Below are positions 54,901 to 63,171 of a DNA stretch of 64,000 nt, one piece after another (within the stretch, counting starts at the first letter, position 1; every line of letters begins with the position of its first letter). A model generated the notes under the pieces. The model ran no database searches. It had not been told where the DNA came from and was given only the letters and a program-made list of their open reading frames with translations. A program made the translations under genes and the position numbers. The stretch is from contig NZ_DAVR01000018.1 of the NCBI RefSeq assembly GCF_002507545.1, forward strand, positions 2,367 through 66,366. Direction: 5' to 3'. The DNA is from Archaeoglobus sp. UBA230. GTDB lineage: Archaea; Halobacteriota; Archaeoglobi; Archaeoglobales; Archaeoglobaceae.

Positions 54901-55340
54901 TCGCTGGGAGTGTAAAGGAGAGTGCATACAAGTACCTGAAGACGATGCAGGATAAAGTCTATCATCAGATGGAGCTGGCGAAGAAAATTGTCGCTGTTGA
55001 TGAGCACGATGTTGCTGAGAGGGTTATAAATGTTCATTTCCTTCCAGATATAATCGGCAATTTGAGGGCGTTCTCCCGCCAAGAGTTCAGGTGTGTGAAG
55101 TGTAACACCAAATACCGCAGGATTCCCCTTGTAGGAAAATGCACGAAATGTGGTGGGAAACTAACACTTACAGTTCACAGCAACTCTATAATGAAGTATC
55201 TGGATTTGTCCAAATACCTTTGTGAGAACTTTAACGTTTCCGCTTATACAAAACAGAGACTACACCTTTTAGAGCAGGAAATAAAATCTTTGTTCGAAAA
55301 TGAAGGCGAGAAACAGGTTACAATTTCTGATTTCGTTTAA
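51906..55340 (+). CDS. polC: DNA polymerase D large subunit (DP2), intein-free
   Basis: YYAGPIRSAGGT, GGFRLRYGR.R, RIGARMGRPEKA, KRRNCDGDED, DKRGGQMDAPL, Zn-finger Cys clusters. Confidence 0.98.
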   Translation: MNLTLDAFFPLFDSEQNEDFWRIEEIRKYHDLLLTELERLYRIAELARQKGLDPELRVEIPVAKNMAERVEKLMGVNGLAERIIELEERGVSREIICFKVAEEILDGKFGEMGVEEAIDKAVRTAVAIMTEGVVAAPIEGIARIKIDKDDFLRVYYAGPIRSAGGTAQVISVLVADYVRRKAGIGRYVPTEQEILRYCEEIPLYKKVANLQYLPSDEEIRLIVSNCPVCIDGEPTEDAEVAGHRNLPRVETNRVRGGMALVIAEGIALKAPKLKKMVDEVGIEGWGWLDKLIKGGSGGDERDDKVEIKPKDKYLSDIVAGRPVFSHPSRKGGFRLRYGRARNSGFATVGISPATMALLDFIAVGTQLKVERPGKAGGVVPVSSIEGPTVRLKNGDVVRIRTAGEARALKGEVEKILDLGEILINFGDFLENNHPLIPASYSYEWWIQEVEKAGKAIRGDYRRISEEEALKLCDENHIPLHPDYTYLWHDITVEEYCYLRNFISDNGKIEAKHGISSLMLPFDSRAKDVLEKLLVEHKVRENYIVIETWKVLIRCLGLDERLEKITEVSGNDVLEIVNAVSGIKVRAKAPSRIGARMGRPEKAKERKMSPPPHILFPVGIAGGKTRDLKNAINYTKDYNSAKGEVEVEVALRRCKECGKETFWLKCDCGGITEQIYYCPSCRIKNGSERCVKCGRETKGYFKRKINIREIYEAAIRNLKEHDSFNTIKGVLGMSSKLKMPERLEKGILRAKHDVYVFKDGTARFDATDLPITHFRPREIGVSVKKLRELGYERDYRGMELKSEDQIVELKPQDVILPKNGAEYLLRVSKFIDELLVKFYGLEPFYNAEDIEDLIGHLVIGLAPHTSAGVLGRIIGFSDVLAGYAHPYFHAAKRRNCDGDEDCFMLLLDGLLNFSRKFLPDKRGGQMDAPLVLTAIVDPREVDKEVHNMDVVDRYPIEFYEATLRYSSPKEVEDYVEKVGDRLKDEMRFCGLKFTHDTDDIAGSVKESAYKYLKTMQDKVYHQMELAKKIVAVDEHDVAERVINVHFLPDIIGNLRAFSRQEFRCVKCNTKYRRIPLVGKCTKCGGKLTLTVHSNSIMKYLDLSKYLCENFNVSAYTKQRLHLLEQEIKSLFENEGEKQVTISDFV

Positions 55341-55376
55341 CAATACAACTATATAGTATTGGGTTCAAGTAATACC

Positions 55377-55793
55377 GTGGATGAAAAGGATTTGAAGATA
55401 ATTCAGATGCTGGTAGAGAATGCCAGAATTCCAAAAACGAAGATAGCAAAGATGCTGGATGTTACTGAAGCAGCGGTGAGAAAAAGGATATCCAATCTTG
55501 AAAAAAGAGAGGAAATTCTCGGCTACAGAGCTATAGTAAACTACAAAAAGGTTGGGATAAGCGCCTCGTTGACGGGGGTTGATGTCGAGCCAGATAAACT
55601 GTGGTCTGTTGTTGAGGAACTGAAAAATCTTGAAGAGGTCAAGTCACTTTGGCTCACAACAGGAGATCATACTATAATGGCAGAAATCATCGCCAAATCT
55701 GTCAGAGAGCTCTCCGAGCTACATGAGAAAATCGAGAGGATAGAGGGTGTTAAGAGAGTTTGCCCTTCAATCGTGACAGACATACTGAAGTAA
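55377..55793 (+). CDS. Lrp/AsnC-family transcriptional regulator (LrpA-like)
   Basis: DEKDLKII..L..NAR.P...IA..L.VTEAAVRKRI..L HTH; TTGDHTIM effector-domain motif. Confidence 0.92.
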   Translation: MDEKDLKIIQMLVENARIPKTKIAKMLDVTEAAVRKRISNLEKREEILGYRAIVNYKKVGISASLTGVDVEPDKLWSVVEELKNLEEVKSLWLTTGDHTIMAEIIAKSVRELSELHEKIERIEGVKRVCPSIVTDILK

Positions 55794-55828
55794 AAGATTT
55801 AATTGTGTGCACCCTCAAAGGAAGAACG

Positions 55829-56746
55829 ATGGACAGGAAATTCAGAAACTGCATTCTCGGAGTTGCAGTTGGTGACGCCCTTGGAATGCCAGCCGAAGGA
55901 CTTTCGAGGGAAGACATAAAGCAAATCTATGGTGAAATCAGGGATTTTTATCCCTCTCCTTATGGAGACCTTAAGCCGGGAGAATGGACGGATGACACAG
56001 AACAGATGCTTTTACTTGCAGAATCCCTGATTGAAACCGTTTATTTCAGTCCTGAGAACTTCTCCGAGAAACTGAAGAATTGGTTTTTGAGTACCAAAAG
56101 CCGTAGAATAGGTCCCAGCTCAACGAGGGCGATATCCAATCTTTTGAGTGGTATCCCTTGGAACAGGGCAGGAGTTCATAGCGACACGTGTGGGGCAGCT
56201 ATGAGAGTAGCTCCGATCGGGTTGGTTTACCACTTCAGCTTAAATCTGGTGGAAAGGTATGCAGAACTCTCGGCGAGGGTTACGCATACAGGAAGTGGAG
56301 CGATATCTGGTGCTGTAGCTGTGGCAGTTGCAATTGCATGCAACGTTCTTGATTTCAGCGATGAAGAAATGCTTGCAGAGGTGCTGAGAAGAGTTGAAGC
56401 TATAGACTCTCTAATGGCGGACAAAATTAAGTATGCCTACGAAATTTCAGACAGAGATTCTGATTTCGCAGTTGAAAAAATTGGAAACACCATTTCAGCA
56501 CTTGATGTTGTTCCAATGGCCTTTTACTGCTACTTTGCAGCAGAGGATTTTGAAGAGTCACTGGTGAGGGCTGCAAATACTGGAGGAGATGCAGATTCGA
56601 TTTCAGCGATATGCGGTGCTCTGAAGGGGTCGGCAAGTCATGAAATTCCTGAAAGGTGGTTGAGAGGCCTCAAAGACAAAGACCTTTTAATTGAAATTGC
56701 TGATAAGCTCTATGATTTACACGTGAAAATCGTCAAGATTGCATAA
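55829..56746 (+). CDS. ADP-ribosylglycohydrolase (DraG/ARH family)
   Basis: GVAVGDALG.P.E, WTDDTEQ, CGAAMRVAPIG, THT, GGDADSISAICGAL.G. Confidence 0.93.
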   Translation: MDRKFRNCILGVAVGDALGMPAEGLSREDIKQIYGEIRDFYPSPYGDLKPGEWTDDTEQMLLLAESLIETVYFSPENFSEKLKNWFLSTKSRRIGPSSTRAISNLLSGIPWNRAGVHSDTCGAAMRVAPIGLVYHFSLNLVERYAELSARVTHTGSGAISGAVAVAVAIACNVLDFSDEEMLAEVLRRVEAIDSLMADKIKYAYEISDRDSDFAVEKIGNTISALDVVPMAFYCYFAAEDFEESLVRAANTGGDADSISAICGALKGSASHEIPERWLRGLKDKDLLIEIADKLYDLHVKIVKIA

Positions 56747-57686
56747 TCTTGCATTCCTCAGGGCTTTTATCATCCCTTAATCTGAGAAAAACAGGCGATC
56801 TGAGCTTTTGGTCTTCTGTCAACTCGAGAAATTCAACCTCACAAACGTAAACGGGTTTCACCCAGTGCACGCCCTTCTTCTCCATCTCAAAATGTGGCTT
56901 GCCTATCTCAATCTCATGCAATTTTTTTGAGAACCAGTCCATGAACTCTCTGTCAAATCCTGTTCCAACCTGTCCAACATGTTTAAATTTTCCGTCAGAA
57001 TAAACTGCAAGAATTAGGGAGCCAAAACTTTCTTCTCTCTCCCCTTCTCCCTCCAACCATCCCACAATAACGCAATCAGCAGTATTTCTCTTCTTTATCT
57101 TCCTCCAGAACTTGCTTCTTTTTCCTATCTGGTATCTGCTATCCTTCTTTTTAGCAACTACTCCTTCAAGACCAATTTCAATCACTTTTCGGTACAGCTC
57201 CTCCCCTTTTTTGTTAATGAAGTCTGTTTTCATGATCCTTTCCGAATTTTCCATCACCTCATCAAGCACTTTTTTTCTTTCAATCAGCTCAAGGTCGGTG
57301 ATCCATCCATCCTTTTGAGTGTATAGAACGTCGAAGGCGATGTATACCGCAGGGATTGTTTTGCTAAGAATCTCAATTTTGAATTTGCTGTCAACATGCT
57401 CTCTTTTTTGCAGAAGCGGAAAGGATGGTTTCCCATCCTTTGTAACCACGATCTCTCCATCAAGAATCGCATTCTGTTCAACTACCTTGAAGAAGTCAAG
57501 TTCAGGATAGCGGTGGGTTATATCTAAAAGTCTTCGGTTCTGCAATCTCAACCTGCGGTTTTCTACATCTACAAAGGCTATACAGCGAGTGCCATCCCAC
57601 TTTATCTCGTAAATGAACCCATCGTCACTGAAAGGTGCACTTCTTACAGCAAGCATTGGTCTGATTTCTCTCTCAAACCAGCTCAT
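56733..57686 (-). CDS. ATP-dependent DNA ligase, stand-alone LigD-type ligase domain
   Basis: EIKWDGTR (KxDG), LDGEIV, AFDVL, EGVVAK..DS.Y..G.RS..W.KIK, GQVGTGF, EVEF, LRSPVF..LR.DK. Confidence 0.93.
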   Translation of the reverse strand: MSWFEREIRPMLAVRSAPFSDDGFIYEIKWDGTRCIAFVDVENRRLRLQNRRLLDITHRYPELDFFKVVEQNAILDGEIVVTKDGKPSFPLLQKREHVDSKFKIEILSKTIPAVYIAFDVLYTQKDGWITDLELIERKKVLDEVMENSERIMKTDFINKKGEELYRKVIEIGLEGVVAKKKDSRYQIGKRSKFWRKIKKRNTADCVIVGWLEGEGEREESFGSLILAVYSDGKFKHVGQVGTGFDREFMDWFSKKLHEIEIGKPHFEMEKKGVHWVKPVYVCEVEFLELTEDQKLRSPVFLRLRDDKSPEECKIMQS

Positions 57687-58450
57687 GCCTCTTTTACAGC
57701 CTCCAGACTTGCTTTAAGAGCATCCATCAGGGACTTCACTTCTTCAACACCCTCAGTCACGGTTACCTCTCTCCCGGCAAGTTTGGCCTCGATCAGTTCC
57801 ATCAAAGCCTCTTTGTATTCGTCTCTGTATTCTTCGAGCTTCAACGGCTTCTTCATCGCTATTACAAGCTTCTTGGCAAGCTCAAGCTCCTCCTCGCTAA
57901 CTTCAATCTCAATACCCCAACCCGGTACCTCTGCCGGACTTCTGATCTCGTCTATGTAGTGAAGCTGGGTGAGGAGGAGACCGCCATCAAAGGCCTTAAG
58001 AGCGATGAGGTGCTCCTTACCTCTCATACCCATCTTGCCGATTGCCATACTTCCTGTCTCACTCATTGCCCTCTTGAGGAGATAATACGCCTTCTCTCCA
58101 CCCTTGTCGGGTGAGACGTAGTAGAAGTTACTGTAATAGATTACTCCCAGCTCGCTGGGATCGAAGAACTGCTTGATCTCGATGCTCTTTACAGTTTTGA
58201 GAGGAACTTTTTCGAAATCTTCGTCAGTTAGGATAACATACTCATTTTTTGAAATTTCGTATCCCCTCACAATTTCATCATTTGAAACTTCTTTGCCGCA
58301 TTTTTCACAAACCTTTTTGTATCTAATTCTACCGCCATCAGCAGAGTGCAGGAGGCTGAATTTCAGTTCCTTGGGTAAAATGGCGGTATATACCTTGACC
58401 GGGATCGTAACCAGACCAAAGGTGATGCTGCCTTTCCAGCTTGCTCTCAT
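57683..58450 (-). CDS. ku: Prokaryotic Ku protein (NHEJ)
   Basis: MRASWKGSITFGLVTIPVKVY, RIRY..VC, IVRGYE, I.I.QF, YYVSPD, Y.LL..AM, Y.DE.R, Y.DEY, V..LMDALKASL. ATGA overlap with the ligase gene. Confidence 0.95.
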   Translation of the reverse strand: MRASWKGSITFGLVTIPVKVYTAILPKELKFSLLHSADGGRIRYKKVCEKCGKEVSNDEIVRGYEISKNEYVILTDEDFEKVPLKTVKSIEIKQFFDPSELGVIYYSNFYYVSPDKGGEKAYYLLKRAMSETGSMAIGKMGMRGKEHLIALKAFDGGLLLTQLHYIDEIRSPAEVPGWGIEIEVSEEELELAKKLVIAMKKPLKLEEYRDEYKEALMELIEAKLAGREVTVTEGVEEVKSLMDALKASLEAVKEA

Positions 58451-58605
58451 AGTGTATAATTTACCGCAGATGAAATAAAATTTCCGATGCAATCAAAAAC
58501 GATAAATTGAGTTATTTTTAAATCGTGCTAAAATATAATACAAATATTCAATTTAGATACGTATTTAGTAAGAAGATTTAAATAACTAAAACAAACATAA
58601 TACGT

Positions 58606-59940
58606 ATGAATAAGGAAATTTTTGAAGAGAAGGGAAAGGAAAAGATATCTCCAAAATGGCACGCTTATTATAAGGGGAAGGTCGAGATACTCCCAAAGTG
58701 CCCGATAAGGGGTCTGGACGATTTCAGTGTCTGGTATACTCCCGGAGTAGCTGAGGTTTGTAATGAAATTGCTAACTCACCGGATAGGGTTTATGATTAC
58801 ACCAACAAATGGAACACTATTGCGATAGTAACCGATGGTTCGAGAACTCTGGGTCTGGGCAATATAGGGGCGATGGCTGCGCTGCCAGTTATGGAGGGAA
58901 AAGCCCTGCTGTTTAAGTATCTTGGCGCAGTTGACGCATTTCCACTTGTGATCTCCGAACAGGACCCGGAAAAGATCATTGAAATTGTAAAGGCCATCTC
59001 GCCAAGTTTTGGTGGAATAAACCTCGAAGATATTTCCACACCAAAATGCTTTTACATCCTCGAAAGGCTTCAGAATGAACTCAACATTCCTGTCTGGCAT
59101 GACGATCAGCAGGGGACCGCAACTGCAACCCTTGCAGCCCTCATCAACGCACTGAAAGTCGTCGGTAAAAACATCGAAGATGTGAAAATTGCGATTGTAG
59201 GTGTTGGTGCGGCAAACGTTGCGACTATAAGATTGCTGAAAGCTGCGGGGGCAAATCCGGAGAAAATGTTTGTTGTGGATAGTAAAGGATTGTTGCATCC
59301 GGAGAGGGTAGACCTTGAAAAGAAAAAAGACATCAACCCGCACAAGTGGAGAATATGCCTTGAAACTAACGGTGAGAGAAGAAAGGGAGGGATGGAGGAG
59401 GCAATCAAGGGCACAGATGTTCTCATTGCGGCAAGCAAGCCCGGACCAGACGTTGTTAAGAAGGAGTGGATTGCCCAGATGAACAAGGACGCTATCGTTT
59501 TTGCATTGGCCAACCCCACTCCCGAAATATGGCCATGGGAGGCCAAGGATGCCGGAGCGAGAATTGTAGGAACCGGGAGAAGTGACTTTCCAAATCAGAT
59601 CAACAACTCTCTTGTTTTTCCGGGAGTCTTCAGAGGTGCGTTGACGGTTAGGGCGAACAGAATAACTGATGACATGTGTCTCGCAGCAGCTCACGCTCTT
59701 GCCGACTTTGCCGAGAAGAACGGACTTTGTGAGGATTACATAATTCCGAAGATGACCGAAAAGGAGGTTTTTCCAGAAGTCGCAACGGCAGTTGGAGTTA
59801 AGGCTGTTGAACTCGGATTGGCAAAAGTTAACATGAGGGAGGAGGAGATATATGAACTTGCAGAGCTTATGATTTCGGCAACGCAAAGGAAAATAAAGAA
59901 GCTTTACGAGCTTGGTTTTATAAGGGAGCCTCCCTGTTAA
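58606..59940 (+). CDS. NAD(P)-dependent malic enzyme
   Basis: YTPGVA, IVTDGSRTLGLGNIG, PVMEGKA.LFK, INLEDI, HDDQQGTA, GVGAAN, ALANPTPEI, GRSDFPNQINN. Confidence 0.95.
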   Translation: MNKEIFEEKGKEKISPKWHAYYKGKVEILPKCPIRGLDDFSVWYTPGVAEVCNEIANSPDRVYDYTNKWNTIAIVTDGSRTLGLGNIGAMAALPVMEGKALLFKYLGAVDAFPLVISEQDPEKIIEIVKAISPSFGGINLEDISTPKCFYILERLQNELNIPVWHDDQQGTATATLAALINALKVVGKNIEDVKIAIVGVGAANVATIRLLKAAGANPEKMFVVDSKGLLHPERVDLEKKKDINPHKWRICLETNGERRKGGMEEAIKGTDVLIAASKPGPDVVKKEWIAQMNKDAIVFALANPTPEIWPWEAKDAGARIVGTGRSDFPNQINNSLVFPGVFRGALTVRANRITDDMCLAAAHALADFAEKNGLCEDYIIPKMTEKEVFPEVATAVGVKAVELGLAKVNMREEEIYELAELMISATQRKIKKLYELGFIREPPC

Positions 59941-60017
59941 TTGCGGAGCAGATAGCTTTTACATTCCTGATACTGGCAAGTGGTACTGGCAACTTCAGAA
60001 GTGAAAAAGGTAGATAG

Positions 60018-61310
60018 TCAGGGAACAAGCCTGTGCCTGTCTCTTGGAAACAGCACTGCCTCTCTCACATTCTTCAATCCGAGCATTGACATCAGCAACC
60101 TCTCCGCCCCGAGTCCCCAACCAGCGTGGGGCGGCATGCCATAACGGAAGGCTTCGAGGTAGAATCCAAAGCTCTCAGGCTCCATGCCTTTTGCCCTTAT
60201 ACTCTCAACCAGCATGTCGTAGAGGTGAATTCTCTGCGCTCCACTCGCCAGCTCAAGCCATTCATGCATGAGATCAAAGCTCTTGCTGATCTCCGGCTTA
60301 TCCTCGTAAGGCATCGCGTAGAAGGGCTTTGATTCAGTCGGCCAGTCTGTTATGAAGTAAAGCCCACCGATTTCGTCTCCAACGTGCTTTAGTGCAGTAG
60401 TGTTCAGGTCTTCTCCCCACGGAATTTCTTCACCCTTTTTTGCTGCAATCTCCATCGCCTCGTCATACGTTATTCTCTCGAAGGGAAGTTCGGGCACCTC
60501 CAAAGACAGCTCGAGCCATTGGAGATATCTCTCGCACTTCTCAGCCACATCCTCGTAAACCCTATACACGAGCCTCTCAAGAACTTCCATAACACCATTG
60601 TGATCGGTGAAGCTCATCTCGATATCTATGGAAATCGCCTCATTCAGGTGCCTCGTCGTATTGTGCTCCTCAGCTCTGAATATCGGCCCTATCTCAAACA
60701 CCTTCTCAAATCCCGCACCCATCAAAACCTGTTTGTAGAGCTGCGGGCTCTGATTGAGAAAAGCCTCCTTTTCGAAATAGCTGATGGGAAACAGCTCTGT
60801 GCCACCTTCAGTTGCTGTCGAAACAATTTTTGGTGTGTGAACTTCGATGAACCCCTCCTCACATAAAAATTCTCTGACAGTTTGCATCATCTGATGCCTT
60901 ATCCTGAAAATTGCCTGCACCCTCGGTCTTCTTAAGTCCATGAAGCGGTGGTCGAGGCGCGTGTCAAGCTCTGCTGGTACTTTTTCGGTAACCTCAAGCG
61001 GTAAGGGAGCATCAGATTCGTTCAAAACCTCAATGGTTTCAGGAATAATCTCAAACCCACCCGGAGCCTTCTCCTCAACCTTGACCTCGCCAACAACCCT
61101 AATCACACTCTCCCTTCTAATCTTTTTGGCGAGCTTGAAGATTTCCTTGCTGACGAACTTCTTCGGCAGGGTTATCTGAGCGATTCCCTCTCTGTCTCTG
61201 AGCAGCAGAAAGACCAATCCGCCAAGATCGCGAACCTCGTGCACCCACCCGTAGAGTGTGACCTTCTGCCCCTCCATCTCTGGTGTGATGTCGGCAGTGT
61301 GAACTCGCAT
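60018..61310 (-). CDS. aspS: Aspartyl-tRNA synthetase (archaeal type)
   Basis: [66 protein letters not shown]. Confidence 0.97.
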   Translation of the reverse strand: MRVHTADITPEMEGQKVTLYGWVHEVRDLGGLVFLLLRDREGIAQITLPKKFVSKEIFKLAKKIRRESVIRVVGEVKVEEKAPGGFEIIPETIEVLNESDAPLPLEVTEKVPAELDTRLDHRFMDLRRPRVQAIFRIRHQMMQTVREFLCEEGFIEVHTPKIVSTATEGGTELFPISYFEKEAFLNQSPQLYKQVLMGAGFEKVFEIGPIFRAEEHNTTRHLNEAISIDIEMSFTDHNGVMEVLERLVYRVYEDVAEKCERYLQWLELSLEVPELPFERITYDEAMEIAAKKGEEIPWGEDLNTTALKHVGDEIGGLYFITDWPTESKPFYAMPYEDKPEISKSFDLMHEWLELASGAQRIHLYDMLVESIRAKGMEPESFGFYLEAFRYGMPPHAGWGLGAERLLMSMLGLKNVREAVLFPRDRHRLVP

Positions 61311-61340
61311 GCCTTTAAGATGGCACGACAGTTTTTAATT

Positions 61341-62576
61341 TTAACTGATCTCGTAAATCTTTTCCAGATTCCTCAGTTTTACAACATTTTCCACGTCTCC
61401 TCTTCTTATCACTCTGAAAGCATGCTTGATCACACTTTTGTAAAACTCGCAGAAAGGACTTCTCTCCATAAGAGATCCTCTTTCCGCGTACACCTCCGCT
61501 GGACAGGGGCTTCCACAGACATTTCTGTAAAGACACTCTTTGCAATCCTCAATAAGCTCCACTTTTCTGCTTCTGACATCTCTGAAGGCATTTTCGAGAT
61601 TGTTCAGGTTCTCAAATCCCACTCTGAACTTCTCAAGCCCGATGAACTCACTGCACGGGAATAACCCATCGGGAGTTACCGCAAAGAACCTCCTTCCAGC
61701 TCCGCAGGGAGAGATGTCGCATTGTAGAACTCTCGAGTATGGTGCGATAATTCCAAGCATAATGTTTGCAAAATCACCAACAACTATCCTTCTGCCATTT
61801 TTCGTGTGCTCTATCGCCCTATCAACAGCCTTTATGAAGCTCTCAGCCGCTCGCTCTGGGTTAGGGCGAAGTTCTCTGCCACCCTTACTCGTGCCCCTGA
61901 CGGGGTTCATGAGCGTAACCTCAACCTTTCCAGCCAGAAAGTCAATCATCTCTGGAAGATGGTCGAAATTGTACCTGTTTATCGTCGTTATGACGTTAAA
62001 TCTTCCATACCCTTCAAACCAGTCCAGAATCTCCTGTATCTTCCTGTAGTGTCCCTTTCCCCTGAGAAAATTCTCAATTTCTTCCCTTGGAGAATCGAAA
62101 GATACTCCCACGTTAATTTCCTTTTCCCTCAGAAACTCCGCATCCTCCTCTGTCATGAGAAAACCGTTCGTCTGAAGTCCAAAGTAAAATTTAAAATCCT
62201 CTATCGCCCTGAAAATTAAATCCTTGCATATCAGAGGTTCTGCACCGTGAAAGATTACATTTCTGACTCCCATCTCCTCAAATTTAGTCAGCAACTCTTC
62301 AAGAGTCATATGGTCCATCATCCTGCCTCTCCTCCTTACCTCTACCGGGATGTAGCAGTATGGACAGTTTGCGTTGCAACTTTCGGTTACGTTGAGGTAA
62401 ACAGTTCTAAAATCGACTTCAAACCGGTACTTTTCCATTCTGTTTCTCAGACTATCCTTGTTCTCAAGATAAAGTTTCTTCACTCTCCCTGGCAGTTTTC
62501 CATCGTGAATTGCCCAGAAGTTCGTTTCTGGATCAATGGTAACGTTAAAGTCGTCAATCTTGGCAGTTTCGAACAT
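61341..62576 (-). CDS. Radical SAM/SPASM-domain enzyme, probable peptide maturase (CbpB-like)
   Basis: CNANCPYC (CxxxCxxC), FHGAEP, C-terminal CDISPCGAG...PCSEF...CKECLYRNVCGSPCPAE...FC, N-terminal IDPETNFWA extension, GAGGTGG SD, small peptide ORF immediately upstream. Confidence 0.88.
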   Translation of the reverse strand: MFETAKIDDFNVTIDPETNFWAIHDGKLPGRVKKLYLENKDSLRNRMEKYRFEVDFRTVYLNVTESCNANCPYCYIPVEVRRRGRMMDHMTLEELLTKFEEMGVRNVIFHGAEPLICKDLIFRAIEDFKFYFGLQTNGFLMTEEDAEFLREKEINVGVSFDSPREEIENFLRGKGHYRKIQEILDWFEGYGRFNVITTINRYNFDHLPEMIDFLAGKVEVTLMNPVRGTSKGGRELRPNPERAAESFIKAVDRAIEHTKNGRRIVVGDFANIMLGIIAPYSRVLQCDISPCGAGRRFFAVTPDGLFPCSEFIGLEKFRVGFENLNNLENAFRDVRSRKVELIEDCKECLYRNVCGSPCPAEVYAERGSLMERSPFCEFYKSVIKHAFRVIRRGDVENVVKLRNLEKIYEIS

Positions 62577-62596
62577 TTCTCCACCTCATAAAAATT

Positions 62597-62680
62597 TTAA
62601 AAGGGAGAGTCCTCCCCAGTCCTGACGTAATGCGTTAATCCACCATCGGGCTGACACTCGTACATGAAGCTGTAGATCAT
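62597..62680 (-). CDS. Unannotated 27-aa putative RiPP precursor peptide (CbpA-like)
   Basis: Hand translation MIYSFMYECQPDGGLTHYVRTGEDSPF*. The stop lies 20 nt before the rSAM ATG on the same strand. Core CxxDGGLTHYV resembles the recalled CbpA motif C..DGxGLSHYI. Confidence 0.75.
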   Translation of the reverse strand: MIYSFMYECQPDGGLTHYVRTGEDSPF

Positions 62681-62727
62681 GCTTTTCAGTTTCTGGGAAT
62701 GAATAAATTCTTTGTTTTTGTTATACG

Positions 62728-62754
62728 ATTGTATTACAAAACTCTGAATACAAT
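62728..62754. promoter_or_regulatory. Perfect inverted repeat ATTGTATT-N11-AATACAAT, candidate operator between divergent promoters
   Basis: Seen directly. It abuts a TATA-like TTATAT (62754-62759) about 25 nt before the regulator ATG. A minus-strand TTTATT (62707-62702) lies about 25 nt before the peptide ATG. Confidence 0.6.
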
Positions 62755-62781
62755 TATATTTCAAGACTATGATAGACTATT

Positions 62782-63171
62782 ATGGAAATTAAGTTCAGAA
62801 TGTGGATCGAAAAGAATGGTGAACATGTCATAGGAAAAGGTGGAGCACGGATTTTGAGAGCGATAGAGAAAGGAGGTTCGATATCGGCTGCAAGCAAGAG
62901 CCTCGGAATGTCGTATCGCTATGTGTGGGGCTACATAAAGAGAATGGAAAAGATCGTTGGAAAGGTTGTGAGCAGCTCAAAAGGAGGTAGCAAGGGTGGT
63001 AAAAGTGCGCTAACTGATAATGGAAAGGAGATTGTTGAATTTTACGAGTTTTATGAAAATTTAATGACAAAGTTGACATCTGGAGATTTCGTAAGGGGTA
63101 AAGTTGAAAAGGGCAAAGTTTTTCCTGAGAAAGAGTTGGAAGATGGAGAGGTAATCATATTAAAAGTTTAA
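62782..63171 (+). CDS. ModE-type winged-helix transcriptional regulator
   Basis: MWIE..GEHVIGKG.ARILRAI..GGSISAASKSLGMSYRYVW.YI..ME...G..V.S.KGG..GG.S.LT is the ModE N-terminal HTH pattern. Short C-terminal tail with no full TOBE pair. Confidence 0.88.
   Translation: MEIKFRMWIEKNGEHVIGKGGARILRAIEKGGSISAASKSLGMSYRYVWGYIKRMEKIVGKVVSSSKGGSKGGKSALTDNGKEIVEFYEFYENLMTKLTSGDFVRGKVEKGKVFPEKELEDGEVIILKV

Noticed and set aside
58777-59886. 369-aa antisense ORF over the malic enzyme gene, and the many similar 60-240-aa overlapping ORFs in the track
   Set aside because: They lie fully inside well-supported genes on the other strand or frame, with no recognisable domains or start signals.
60018-61340. 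aspS as part of the peptide-rSAM operon
   Set aside because: The 30-nt gap contains a TATA-like TTAAAAA about 25 nt before the aspS ATG, so aspS probably has its own leaderless promoter. No functional link is supported.
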